Assembly: GCA_965240325.2 (NCBI GenBank)
Contig: OZ251225.1
Span: 620,001 to 684,000 of the forward strand
Direction: 5' to 3'
DNA from: Rebecca billardiae RCC1528
Taxonomy: Eukaryota > Protista > Haptophyta
DNA: 64,000 nucleotides
Numbering within the stretch: the stretch's first letter is position 1; each line of letters begins with the position of its first letter. The notes below the pieces were generated by a model. The model did no database searches. It was not told the origin of the DNA and saw nothing but the letters and a program-made list of their open reading frames with translations. Made by a program: the position numbers and the translations under genes. This document shows positions 30,422-41,776 of this stretch, one piece after another.

Positions 30422-31844
30422 CTATGAGCTGGCCGGCGCAGCGCCCGGGCCATCTGGCTGCTGCGGCGGCTCGGCCTCGGGCTTGGGCGCGGGCTTCTTG
30501 TTGGGCTTGACGTTGTACATGAACACAGAGGCGATCACGAGCACCACGCCCTGCGCGAACTGCGCCGACGGCACCGTGCCGTACAGAGGGATCTGTGCGC
30601 GCGCGAGGCGGGTCGGAGCGATGAGCGGGCGGCCACCGCCGCAGCCCCCCCGCCCGCTCGCGCACGCGTGGCGCGCGCACCGCGATCAGGCAGGTGACGA
30701 TGATGGAGATGGCCGTCGCAAACGACTTGAGCAGGCTGTCTGCGAACTTGACGGTGGAGGCGACGACGAGGCCGCCGAGCGCCTTGAGCGCGATCACGCC
30801 CCACACGGCCAGCGTGAAGCCATGCAGCACCCCGCTCCGCCCGATCCCCGCCGAGTCCTTCGCCATGAACAGGAGGGACTGCGGCACGGTGAACGCGGCG
30901 AGCTGCAGGTTGCGCACCCAGATCGAGGTCGGCGTCGTCTTCACGAGCTTCTCAAAGTACACGTTGGCGAAGCCCGAGAGGACGCTCGAGCCGAGCACGG
31001 CGGAGACGCCGACGAGCTGGTTGCCCACGTGGAGCGGCGACGAGCTCCCCACCGAGTCCAGCTGCACCACGCTCACGCCGGCGATCAGCGTGCCGAGCGC
31101 CCCCCACTGGCGCGCCGCTAGCCGGCCGCCGAGCATCGTCACCCAAAAGCCCGCCGTCGCGAGCGTCTTGAGCTGCGAGAGCACCTGGTACGTCGAGGCG
31201 GAGAGGTTGGTGAGCGAGACATAGAAGAGGATGTTCTGCAGCGTGTAGCACATCGCGGGCACCGCGAGCTTGAGCACGTCGAGCGGCTTGCTGAAGCCCT
31301 CGCGCGTGTCGCGCCATGCGCCCCTTGCGCCGAGCGTGTACAGCATCATCGCGGCGCACATGGGCACCTTCAGCAGCTCGGTGCAGAGGACCGCGGACGA
31401 GTCGAAGTACATCGGCACGCCCTCCACCTTGACGCGCGTCCAGCGCGTGAGGATCGCCGACGCCGCGTTCTGGAAGACGAGCAGGGTGAGCACGAACGCG
31501 CGCAGGTGTGTTCGTCGCTGAGAATCCGCTGCGGCCGCGAGCGCCGCTTTCTGCTCCGCCGCACGCGCGGCGGCCGCGGCGTCGTGCTGCTCCTTATCAC
31601 CAGACCCACCCGCAGCCGCCGCCGCGCTCGCGGTGATGTGCTGAGCCGCAGACCACCGCGCGCAGTGCGCGGGACCAGCGCACTCCGCCTCCCCTCGCCG
31701 CGGCCATACCCGCATCCGTGTGAAGCCAGGCGCGCGAGCGCGCGCTACGCCTCGCGCCGAGAGGGGCGCGAGCCGCGCTGTGTGCGCGCATCTGGCCCCG
31801 TTGAGCGCCGCCAGCACGAGGAGAAGCGCCAGCCGGAGCGCCAT
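30422..31844 (-). CDS. SLC35A-type nucleotide-sugar transporter; intron 30593-30680
   Basis: AVLCTELLK, LAVPAMCYTLQN, YQVLSQLKTLATA, SGFANVYFEKLVK, SIWVRNLQL, GGLVVASTVKFADSLLKSFAT. Confidence 0.92.
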
Positions 31845-32052
31845 CGGGTTGGTCGGCGCGCGGCGTCGCCGCGGACCGCCGACGTGCCGACGACCAGAAT
31901 TCTTGCGCGGCTCAGCAAATTGCAACGCGTGCGCCGCGCCGCGGCCGCCCGCGTCGTCTTCGTCTCGGCTGACCTCGCGGAGGGGCCTCGAAGCTACAAC
32001 CACGCGTGGCCTTCGTCGTGTTGCGAGGGCGTCTCGCACGACGAGCGCCGAG

Positions 32053-33075
32053 ATGGGGGATCCGCCGCCGCGTTCGCGGGACGACGCGGGGGGCTCGCCG
32101 CGCGACGACGACAGGCCGTATCGCCGTCCCAGCCCCGAGCGCCACGGCCGGGCGGACGACGAGCGCGGGCCGCCGCCACCATCCGGCGACGCGGAGGCGT
32201 CGGAGACGATGCCGCTGTCCGACCAGGACGTCGCGTACCTGGTGGGTAAGAGTGGGCAGACGCGCATGCGGCTGGAGAACTTCTCTGGGGCACGGCTTCA
32301 GATCGGGAAGGGCGTCGCGGAGGTGACCGGCACCGACGAGGAGCGCGACCGCGCCAAGCTCGCCATCGACATCACGCTGCAGCAGCGCAACGGCAGGCAC
32401 ATCTCGTACGACTTCCACGCGCTGGAGCGGCGGCACGACGTGGAGGTGCTCGACGTGCCCAAGGACGTGGTGGGCTTCCTCCTCGGCGCCAAGGGCCAGT
32501 CGCTCCGCGCCCTCGAATCGAAGTTCCGCACGTTCATGTTCTTTGACAACGAGCACGTGCGCGCCGATGGCGGCCGCGCGGAGACCAAGCGGCTTTACAT
32601 CCTCGGGGGGAGGCGGGGGCGCGAGGACGCGCTCGCGGAGGCGCAGGAGATGGTGGCGTACAAGGACGGCCGCGGCGGACGAGGCCCGCCGCCTCGACGC
32701 GAGCCGCCGCCGCCGAGCGGCGGCGGCGGCGGCCCGCGCGGCGGCGGCGATCGGCACGACCGGCCGGGTCGCTACGAGCGAGGACCGCCCGAGCACGACC
32801 GTTACGAGCGCGGCCGTTACGACCGCGACAGGTACGATCGCGACCGGTACGACCGCGAGCGCTACTACGAGCCACGCGACAGGTACTACGAGCGCGAGCG
32901 AGACTACCCGCCGCGTGAGCGCGGGGACCTCCCGCCTCGTGAGCGGGAGTACGGCGGCGGCGGCGGCGGCGGGCCGCCCGGGCGCGAGTACCCGCCCGCG
33001 CGGCCGGCGTATGAGCGCGGGTACCACAACGACCACGGGCCGCCGCCCGACGGGCGTGGCAGCTATCGGGGATGA
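32053..33075 (+). CDS. KH-domain RNA-binding protein with RD/RE/RG-rich C-terminus
   Basis: Two KH GxxG loops (VAYLVGKSG, VGFLLGAKG) and YDRDR repeats. Confidence 0.88.
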   Translation: MGDPPPRSRDDAGGSPRDDDRPYRRPSPERHGRADDERGPPPPSGDAEASETMPLSDQDVAYLVGKSGQTRMRLENFSGARLQIGKGVAEVTGTDEERDRAKLAIDITLQQRNGRHISYDFHALERRHDVEVLDVPKDVVGFLLGAKGQSLRALESKFRTFMFFDNEHVRADGGRAETKRLYILGGRRGREDALAEAQEMVAYKDGRGGRGPPPRREPPPPSGGGGGPRGGGDRHDRPGRYERGPPEHDRYERGRYDRDRYDRDRYDRERYYEPRDRYYERERDYPPRERGDLPPREREYGGGGGGGPPGREYPPARPAYERGYHNDHGPPPDGRGSYRG

Positions 33076-34325
33076 GGTGCGCCGCCTGCCGCGCCGGCTG
33101 CGCCGCCCACGCGCGCCACGCGCTCACGCGCACCGCCGCCGCCCTGCGTCCCGCGTCCCGCTCTCGCGTGCGCCGTGTGGCCTCGCAGCGCGCGCACAGG
33201 TGCTGCGTCGTCCGTCCGCCCGTCGTCCTCGTCGCGCGGCGAGGACATGGGGACGTGCGCATCCGCGCATCGCGCGCCACCAGTGCAGCTGTGCTCAACC
33301 ACCCGCCATCGACGCCATGGCGCCGTGTCTGGCAGCCAACTTCAAGCCTCACGGTGAGGGTCTGGCCGGATCTGGGCTAGCCTGCGGACACCAGTCGGCC
33401 TTCGTCGGCGACAGCCGCATCATCGCCATCGGGATTCGGGCATCGGGGGCCACAGGATTGCACATGACTCCACTGTCCGGAGTAGCTACTATCAGCCGCG
33501 CTGTAGCGGATCCGGGTCAGAAGGGACGACGAACACCACGGGCGCCATCAGGATCGCGCGGCTGCTGCTGAATGCGCTGGCGCTCCTCTGCAGTCTGCTG
33601 ATTCCTCTGTCAAATATAATAAGGCGGACCCGTCTCAAGTTACTCATAAGCTCGCTGTCATTCTGTCGTCATTATTATATATTATTATTCATTCTGTGAT
33701 GTCGTCTGATCGTGATGAACTCGTGAAGCCCGTGTGAGTCGTCATGGCTGTGAGACGGTCCGGCCCCGCCCCGCCGCCCCGCTGCCCGCCACTCGTCACT
33801 CGACCTGCCCGGACGGCCTCGTACAGTCACTGACTGAGTCGCGCAGCCACCCGCGACGTAGGCTATAAGTAGGCGCTTCGCCCACTATATGTCATCGTCA
33901 CTCCGCATCGATCGCCGCCGCCCCGATGAGCCCGAGCGGAATAAGCCCGTAGCCGGCGATGGGCACGGCGACGCGGACGCCACCGTGACCGTCCGCGGCG
34001 TCCGCTGGCGTCGCGGCCGTCGTCCGACTGGCGACTCCGACTCGTCGGTGAGTCGTCCGTTACATGCGGCGTCAGCAGTGGCGGCGTCTGGTGGCGTGAC
34101 GATCACTCAGCGTGGCACGCGATGCGCATGATCACTGATGATGCGCGCCCCTCTGTTGATAAGTGTAGTCGTTAAGTTATCGGTACGGTGAAGCCGCCTA
34201 GTGAGTACTACAGGCAATAAGACGTATACTGATGAACACATTACTCGTCGTCAGCGCAGCAGTAGACGTAGTCATCATCAGCATCGTCAGCGCATATATA
34301 TTATATACGACGCGCGTATATATAC

Positions 34326-34328
<3 letters not shown>

Positions 34329-34367
<39 letters not shown>
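34329..34367. repeat. (TA)n microsatellite
   Basis: TA run. Confidence 0.95.
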
Positions 34368-34370
<3 letters not shown>

Positions 34371-34433
34371 GCGGCGGAGTAGTGACACATGTGACATGAC
34401 TACCGCCAGCAGTAGTGAGGAGTACTGGCAGAG

Positions 34434-34762
34434 TGTCAAAGGGTGAAGAGAGCGACAGGGCCGTGAGGCCCGAGAGCGTGACGAGGGGGGCGAGGATGCC
34501 CCGAGAGACGGAGGTTCGACTGAGGTGCGGTGAAGCGACACGGAACTGAACTGCCCTGGCGAGGAAGGAATCCCGAGCCGTCTAAGACTGTGCTGGAGGC
34601 ACTGATAGCCATCAACGGGTAAGTCGGGAAAGTGGCCATGATGGGCGCGTGTATGATCCCGACTCGATAATGAATGTCGGTGTAGTCTGGTGTAGTGTGA
34701 CGGTTGGTGATCCGGGTGTGTACGCACGGGAGAGCGAGTCCGGGTAACGTTGGATCTTGACA
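34434..34762 (-). repeat. 3' LTR
   Basis: Identical to 40785-41113 by visual comparison; TG...CA ends. Confidence 0.97.
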
Positions 34763-35028
34763 CCCCCACCCAATCGCAGCGGTGGTCGTACGAAACCTGG
34801 TCGACCCGAAGGGACTGGGTGTAGACGTGTGACCATCGTGTGATTGTAGATGATGCGATGTTGCCGTATGGGATGCATGCGTCGGAGCGGTTGTCCGAGT
34901 AGACGATGTAGAAGTCGGGCGAGTCGGTGCCGGCAGCGTCTCCGTTCAGAAGAGACAGCGTGAGGTCAATGTGCGTCCGACGAGCGGCGACCGATGTAGC
35001 ACTGGGACTTCGTGTGTGCGGCGAGGCC

Positions 35029-38000
35029 TTACATGCCCAGGATCTGAGCACGAAGTTTGAGGAAGGCGGCCGGGCCGAGCGGCTTGGTCATGATGTCGGC
35101 CGGGTTCTCGGTGCCGGGGATCAAGAAGAGCTTGAAGGTGCCGGCTCGGGCGTGCTGACGGTTCCAGTGGTACTGGACGTCGATGTGCTTGGTGCGGTTG
35201 TGGTACTTCTCGTTGTCCGTGAGGTCCACCACCGCCTTGTTGTCCTCGAAGAGCTTGGTCGGCGCGAGCTGCGGGTAGCCGAGGTCGGTGAGCAGCTTGC
35301 GCATGAAGATGATCTCCTTGCCGGCGGAGGTGACGGCCATGTACTCAGCTTCGGTCGAGCTCAGAGCCGTCGTGCGCTGCTTCTCGCGGCGGCCGCTCAC
35401 CGTCGAGCCGCAGAGGTGCATCACGTAGCCGGTGACAGACTTGCGCTCGTCGTGGAGGTCGTTGGCGTAGTCGGCGTCCACGTACGCGACGAGCATGACG
35501 TCCGAGCCCGAGCGGAAGAAGAGGCCGTGGTTCGGCGTGCCGGCGAGGTAGCGGATGACGCGCTTGGCAGCCTCGAGGTGCTTCTTGCCCGGCTTGGACA
35601 TGAAGTGGGTGAGCGTGCCGACGGCGTAGGCGATGTCCGGGCGAAACTGCGTGATGTGGATGAGCGAGCCGACCACGGAGCGGAAGAACGTCGTCGTCTC
35701 CGCGTCGAGCGCGTCCGACTCGGAGCACGGGCCGAGCTTGAGGCCCTCGGTCATCGGCGTGTCGGACGTGTTGCAGTTCATGAAGCCCGTCTTCTCGAGG
35801 AGCTCGAGGATGTTCTTGGTGACGGTCACCATGATGCCGTCCTTGGAGCGCGTGAGCGTGGCCGACAGGTAGCCGTCGATGTCGGCCGTGATGGTCATCT
35901 TGTACGAGGATGTGATCTTCGAGATGAAGTTGTCGCAGGCGGTCGGGTCGTCGCTGTCGTCGAGGATGAGCATGTCGTCCACGTAGATGCACACGGCGAT
36001 GATGCCCGACTGCGTGTTGAGGACATAGAGGCACGGGTCGGCCTGGCTCTGCGCGAACCCGTACTCCTTCATCCAGTCGTCGATCATGAGACGCCAGTTG
36101 CGGCCGGACTGCTTGAGACCGTAGAGGCTCTTGAGGAGGCGCAGCACGACGTCGCCCTTCGTCTTCGGCTTGTACCCGAGCGGCAGCTCGAGGTAGATCT
36201 CGTAGTCGATCGGCGCGTTGAGGTACGCCGTCGTGAAGTCGCCGTGGAAGAGGCGGCGCTGCTTGGCCGCGGCGATGGCGATGATCATCTTGAGGGTCTC
36301 GTAGCGGACGACCGAGGAGAAGGTCTCGTCGTAGTCGATGCCCTCGATCTGCGTGAAGCCCTTGCCCACGACGCGGGCCTTGAACCGCTTGATGTTGCCC
36401 TTCTTGTCGCGCTTGATGTTGAACACGGGCGCCGCCTTCAGCGTGCGCATCCCCGGCTTGCGCGGCACCTCCACCCACGTGTCGTTGGCCAGGATGGAGG
36501 CGTACTCGGCGTCGAGAGCGGCGGCGAACTGCGTCGCATGCGGGCCGTTGAGTGCTTGCACCGCCGTCGGCGTGTCCGAGAGTCCGATGGCGAGCAGGAG
36601 CGCGTAGATGCGCGGCAGCTTGGAGTAAGTCGGCGACGCGACCGAGTTGACGTGTGCGCGCGCGCGCGTGCGAGATGAGGGCGGGTCGTCGTCGTTGAGC
36701 GCGTTGCCGACATCGAGGGAGTCCTCGGCGCCGGCGGCGTCGTCGTCAGCGTCTCCGACGTAGGCGTGCGGTGCGTCCCCCACCCGCTCAGCGTGTCCGA
36801 ATGCGCCGGCGCCATCGCGGCGCCGGACGGCGCCGTGGGAACTTCCCCCATTACCCACATCGGCAGCATGGAGGTCGAGCGGCGGCGGCGTCGGCGGCAG
36901 CTGCGGCGCGGCGGCGAGCGGGTCGCGCGCGATGTGAGCGGCGTCGGGGTGGTCGACGTAGAGCGTGTCCTCGTCGAAGCGCACGTGGTGCGAGATGATG
37001 AACATGTCCGGGACGATCTGGCCGTCGCCGGGCACGCGCACGATGATCGCCTTCGTGTAGCGCGTGCGGTTCTTGGGCGGGACGTTCACCATGTGGCCGT
37101 CGTCGCCGTGGCCGACGTAGACGCCCATGACGGCGCGCGGGTCGAGCTTCTTGAAGTGCGTGTTCGGCGGCACGACGTAGGCGACGCAGCCGAAGACACG
37201 CAGCTGAGCGAGATCTGGCGGGAAGCCGCGCAGCAGCTCGAACGGCGTCTTGTCGAACGTCACCGGCGTGGCGATGCGGCGGATGATGTACGCGGCGTGG
37301 CGCAGCGCGTCCTTGGCGTAGGCGTCGATGCGCAGCTTGGAGTGGAACAGGATCGAGCGCGCCGCGTTGAAGAGCGTCTGGATGAAGCGCTCGGCGATCG
37401 GGTTGTGCTGCGGCGTGTCGGGCGGCGTGACCTGGTTGGGGGCGATGCCGTGGGCGCGGCAGATGCCCTCCCAGTCGGTCGAGTTGAGCTCGGGGGCGCC
37501 GTCGACGCGGAAGCGGCTGACGGTGTGGCCGTAGACCGACATGTCGTCGATGAAGCGTCGCATCGCCTCCGGTGCGTCCGAGCGGCGGTCGAGGAAGTAG
37601 ATGAAGCCGGCCCGGGTGTAGTCGTCGACAAACACGATCACGTAGAACTTGGCAAAATCGTCCGGGTTCACGATGAACTTGCCGTCGACGTAGCCGGCGA
37701 CGTCGACATGGACGAGCACGAACGCCTTCTCCGAGCGGGGCGACGTGGACGTGAACGAGTTGCGCTTCATTTTGGCGAGCGCGCACGAGCAGTCCGACTT
37801 GAGGTTGCGCGCGCCGAGGTGCTTGGATGCGGCGAGCGTGCGGTTGACGGCAGCTGCGTGAGCGTGGCCGAGCCGGAGGTGAGCGACGCGCGAGAGCTCG
37901 TCGGTGTCCTTGAACTCGACGCAGCACTCGTCGCAGAACGTGTCGTCGTCCGGCGCGAGGTCGGCGGTCTGCGAGGCCTGGTCCATGGTCACGATGACGA

Positions 38001-40785
38001 GAGCGCCGTCGGACGTGGGCGGCTGCGCCGGCGGCGGCGGCAGCGAGGACTGGAGCGGGGCGGGCGGCACGTGGAGGCCGGACGCGGCGATGGTGGGCGA
38101 CGGCGAGTCGTCGTCCGGGATGAAGACGGCGCATGCGAGATCGCGGCCGTGCAGAGGAACGAGCTTGTCGCCGTACAGCAGGTACCGGCCGCCCTGCGCG
38201 TGGATCGGGGTGGCGCCGGACATGAAGGTGGTCGGCGCCGCGAGCGAGATGAACGAGATGCCGAGGCGGGTCAGCCAAGTGTCGCTCATGTAGAAGCCCG
38301 GGACGTCTGGAGAGAGCGGGACGTCCGTGAGCGGCAGCGTGATGAGGTCGCCGTCGATCGAGCGCATGCCGAGGGCGAACGAGGCCGAGGTGTTGATCTT
38401 GATCCGCGTGCCGTTCGCCGCGCGCGCCTCCGAGAACTGGCGGAAGGACTTGGCGGCAAACCGAGAGAACGCGGTCGAGGCGATGGTGGTGTCCGCGCCG
38501 GTGTCGATCATGATCGAGATGCTCGCCTGGGCGATGTCGCCTGTGAACGGCGTGCCGATGGCGAAGGAGATCGTCGAGTGCACGTTCTCAATCTCCTCCG
38601 GATCGGCGAGCAACGGCTGCTGGATGCAGGTCGGGTTGATCGGGTCAAACGAGCGGGAGACGCCGCAGATGATGGGCGGGCCGGTGCGGGCGCAGCAGGT
38701 GACCGCGGTGAGGATCGAGATGATGGCGAGGACGGCGAGCGCGACGAGGAAGAGGAAGGCACCGTGCGAGGACTTGAAGAGCGCGCGGAGCCGACCCTCG
38801 TGCTTGAACCGCGGCGGCGGCGGCTCGTACCGGACGATCAGGTCATCGATGTAGGCGCCGGCGTCACCGAAAGACCGTGCGCGATGGATCTCGGCCTCGG
38901 CCGCGGCGGCTGCGGCGAGGAACTCGTACGGGCTGAGCGTGAGCGGCTCTCCGGCGAGCTGGCCGAGGTGGCCGAGCGGGTAGGTGTAGTTGCCCGCGGT
39001 GGAGACGTCGTCCAGGCTGGGGCAGTCGTCGGACGTGTCCGAGGCCGCGTCCGAAGCCGAGGTCGTGGACGAGGGAGTGCACGGGACAAGGTCCGGCAGC
39101 TCATCGTCCGTCTCCGAGGCCGAGTCGGAGGCGGAGTCGTCGCGGTCGTCCGGGGGGTTGGCGAGACGGAACGGCTTGAGGTGGAACGGCTCGTAGGAGG
39201 CGGGCTTGCGGATGGACTGGCGCAACGCCATGATGAGCACATTCTGGCCGCGCTCGAGCTCGGCCGCCGTCGCGAGCTGGATCGGGGAGCCGGCCTCAGA
39301 CGCCGGCGGCGACGGCGAGTCGACCTGCGTCGGCGGCGACGGCGGGCCGAAGGGCGGCGGCGGCGAGCTGGCCTGCGTCGGCGGGTCGAACAGTGGCGGC
39401 GGCGGCGAGTAGAGCGCCGGCTGCTGGTCGATGAGCGACAGCGCCGGCTGCTGCGAGTCGGCAAGCGGCGGCAGCGGCGGCGTGTTGGTGAGCGCCGGCT
39501 GCGAGTTGGAGTGCGCCCGCGACAGCTGCGGGTCGGCGGGCGGCGGCGAGTTGGCGGGCGCCGGCGGCGGCGGCGGCGCGCCGGCGGGCTGCCGCGACGA
39601 CGGCGTGAGGACGAGCGTCGGCAGCGAGTTGAAGCGCGCCCGCGACAGCGGCGAGTCGGCGGGCGGCTGCGAGTTGGCGGGCGGCGGCGGCGGCGCGTCG
39701 GCGTCGGTCGCCGCCGGCTGCGAGTTGGGGCCTGACGCCGAGCCCGAGATGGAGATGGCGTTGAGCGTCGGCGTGCCGTCCTGGATGAGCCGCACGCGCG
39801 TCGTGGTCGCCGACGGCTTCGCCCGCTGCGGCGTCGGCTGCGGCTGCGACTGCGAGGGCGCGGAGGGCACGCGCTGGAGCTTGTTGGACTTGTGAGTCGG
39901 GCGGCGCGCGCCGCCGGAGCGAGCGTCGGCTGCGGGCGTCGCGCCCGAGGAGCGCGAGGTGGACGTCTGGGGGCGGTTCGGGCAGTCGCGGTTCCAGTGC
40001 ATGCCGCCGCAGTACTTGCACGGGGTAGGAGGCATGGATGCGCCGGGCTGGCCCTTGGAGGTGAGCGCGTTGACGGCCTGGCGGTTGGGGTTCGTGCCGT
40101 TGGCGGCGGCGGCGACGCGGTCGAGATCGTGCACGCGCTCGATGAGATCCTCCACCGAGATGGGCTGGTCGTTCATCGTCGCGATCACCGAGCTGACGAA
40201 GGACGGGTTGCGGCCGTAGAGGTTCACGAGGATCACGACGAGCGTGAAGATGTCGTCCTTGATCTCGACGCCGCGCAGCTCCGTGGCGTTGGACATCACG
40301 CGGGCAGCAAAGGCGTGGAAGCTCTCGCTCGGCGACAGTTTGATCGAGAGCAGGGCGTACAGCTTGGCGACGAGCGAGGAGGGGCGGGAGCTGTTGCAGC
40401 GCACGTTGAGCGCGTTGACGAGATGAGACAGCTCGAGCCCGAGACCAGAGTGCTGCAACTGCGCGATGATCGGGTCGAGGATGCGAGGAGCGACCGCCTT
40501 GAGAAGCAACTGCACGATGAAAGCCTGCGTGCGCAGCTGCTTGGCCTGGATGGTGGCGGCGGCGGTGGACGGGGGGCAGACGATGGGCTTGTCCGCGCCG
40601 GTATCGTCCTTGCCCGGCTCGAGGGGCGAGGACGGGTTGGAGAACGCGAGCGCGACGTCCATGTCCGGCTTCGACGTGACCATGACCACAAGAACGGAGA
40701 TGGCCGTGCGGAGGTCCTGCGGCTTGAGGACGAGAGCTCGCGGCGGGAGCTGGTCACGCATGTCGCCACCCGGCGGCTCCGCCAT
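35029..40785 (-). CDS. Copia Gag-Pol polyprotein (1918 aa, uninterrupted)
   Basis: Zn knuckle CKYCGGMHWNRDC; protease IDTGA; integrase HLRLGH, VHVD, VDDYTR, DGAPE, NPIAER; RT KSLYGLKQSGRNW, YVDD; RNase H DADYA, SSTEAEY, NPADIMTK. Confidence 0.97.
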   Translation of the reverse strand: MAEPPGGDMRDQLPPRALVLKPQDLRTAISVLVVMVTSKPDMDVALAFSNPSSPLEPGKDDTGADKPIVCPPSTAAATIQAKQLRTQAFIVQLLLKAVAPRILDPIIAQLQHSGLGLELSHLVNALNVRCNSSRPSSLVAKLYALLSIKLSPSESFHAFAARVMSNATELRGVEIKDDIFTLVVILVNLYGRNPSFVSSVIATMNDQPISVEDLIERVHDLDRVAAAANGTNPNRQAVNALTSKGQPGASMPPTPCKYCGGMHWNRDCPNRPQTSTSRSSGATPAADARSGGARRPTHKSNKLQRVPSAPSQSQPQPTPQRAKPSATTTRVRLIQDGTPTLNAISISGSASGPNSQPAATDADAPPPPPANSQPPADSPLSRARFNSLPTLVLTPSSRQPAGAPPPPPAPANSPPPADPQLSRAHSNSQPALTNTPPLPPLADSQQPALSLIDQQPALYSPPPPLFDPPTQASSPPPPFGPPSPPTQVDSPSPPASEAGSPIQLATAAELERGQNVLIMALRQSIRKPASYEPFHLKPFRLANPPDDRDDSASDSASETDDELPDLVPCTPSSTTSASDAASDTSDDCPSLDDVSTAGNYTYPLGHLGQLAGEPLTLSPYEFLAAAAAAEAEIHRARSFGDAGAYIDDLIVRYEPPPPRFKHEGRLRALFKSSHGAFLFLVALAVLAIISILTAVTCCARTGPPIICGVSRSFDPINPTCIQQPLLADPEEIENVHSTISFAIGTPFTGDIAQASISIMIDTGADTTIASTAFSRFAAKSFRQFSEARAANGTRIKINTSASFALGMRSIDGDLITLPLTDVPLSPDVPGFYMSDTWLTRLGISFISLAAPTTFMSGATPIHAQGGRYLLYGDKLVPLHGRDLACAVFIPDDDSPSPTIAASGLHVPPAPLQSSLPPPPAQPPTSDGALVIVTMDQASQTADLAPDDDTFCDECCVEFKDTDELSRVAHLRLGHAHAAAVNRTLAASKHLGARNLKSDCSCALAKMKRNSFTSTSPRSEKAFVLVHVDVAGYVDGKFIVNPDDFAKFYVIVFVDDYTRAGFIYFLDRRSDAPEAMRRFIDDMSVYGHTVSRFRVDGAPELNSTDWEGICRAHGIAPNQVTPPDTPQHNPIAERFIQTLFNAARSILFHSKLRIDAYAKDALRHAAYIIRRIATPVTFDKTPFELLRGFPPDLAQLRVFGCVAYVVPPNTHFKKLDPRAVMGVYVGHGDDGHMVNVPPKNRTRYTKAIIVRVPGDGQIVPDMFIISHHVRFDEDTLYVDHPDAAHIARDPLAAAPQLPPTPPPLDLHAADVGNGGSSHGAVRRRDGAGAFGHAERVGDAPHAYVGDADDDAAGAEDSLDVGNALNDDDPPSSRTRARAHVNSVASPTYSKLPRIYALLLAIGLSDTPTAVQALNGPHATQFAAALDAEYASILANDTWVEVPRKPGMRTLKAAPVFNIKRDKKGNIKRFKARVVGKGFTQIEGIDYDETFSSVVRYETLKMIIAIAAAKQRRLFHGDFTTAYLNAPIDYEIYLELPLGYKPKTKGDVVLRLLKSLYGLKQSGRNWRLMIDDWMKEYGFAQSQADPCLYVLNTQSGIIAVCIYVDDMLILDDSDDPTACDNFISKITSSYKMTITADIDGYLSATLTRSKDGIMVTVTKNILELLEKTGFMNCNTSDTPMTEGLKLGPCSESDALDAETTTFFRSVVGSLIHITQFRPDIAYAVGTLTHFMSKPGKKHLEAAKRVIRYLAGTPNHGLFFRSGSDVMLVAYVDADYANDLHDERKSVTGYVMHLCGSTVSGRREKQRTTALSSTEAEYMAVTSAGKEIIFMRKLLTDLGYPQLAPTKLFEDNKAVVDLTDNEKYHNRTKHIDVQYHWNRQHARAGTFKLFLIPGTENPADIMTKPLGPAAFLKLRAQILGM

Positions 40786-41113
40786 GTCAAAGGGTGAAGA
40801 GAGCGACAGGGCCGTGAGGCCCGAGAGCGTGACGAGGGGGGCGAGGATGCCCCGAGAGACGGAGGTTCGACTGAGGTGCGGTGAAGCGACACGGAACTGA
40901 ACTGCCCTGGCGAGGAAGGAATCCCGAGCCGTCTAAGACTGTGCTGGAGGCACTGATAGCCATCAACGGGTAAGTCGGGAAAGTGGCCATGATGGGCGCG
41001 TGTATGATCCCGACTCGATAATGAATGTCGGTGTAGTCTGGTGTAGTGTGACGGTTGGTGATCCGGGTGTGTACGCACGGGAGAGCGAGTCCGGGTAACG
41101 TTGGATCTTGACA
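40785..41113 (-). repeat. 5' LTR
   Basis: Followed on the minus strand directly by TGGCGGAGCCG (putative PBS). Confidence 0.97.
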
Positions 41114-41203
41114 CAGAGAGTAGCAGTTGCGTGTTGTGATGGGCGCGCGCGATTATGTCCGCCGATTAAATATATCATCGTCATATCAGTGGCCATTATT
41201 ATT

Positions 41204-41747
<544 letters not shown>

Positions 41748-41776
41748 GCAGATGAGCAGCAGTGCGCTGATGACGA

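Larger units (their letters stand above)
34434..41113 (-). mobile_element. Full-length Ty1/Copia LTR retrotransposon
   Basis: Identical 329-bp LTRs (TGTCAA...TTGACA). TSD CAGAG at 34429-34433 and 41114-41118. PPT GGTGGGGG. Domain order PR-IN-RT-RH. Confidence 0.98.

Noticed and set aside
34927-39735. Long + strand ORFs (583 and 989 aa) antisense to Copia pol
   Set aside because: Shadow frames caused by strong GC3 bias.
40775-40935. Tf1-like self-priming of the Copia element
   Set aside because: Only a 6-nt complement (CGGCTC) to the PBS was found in the LTR, which is insufficient.
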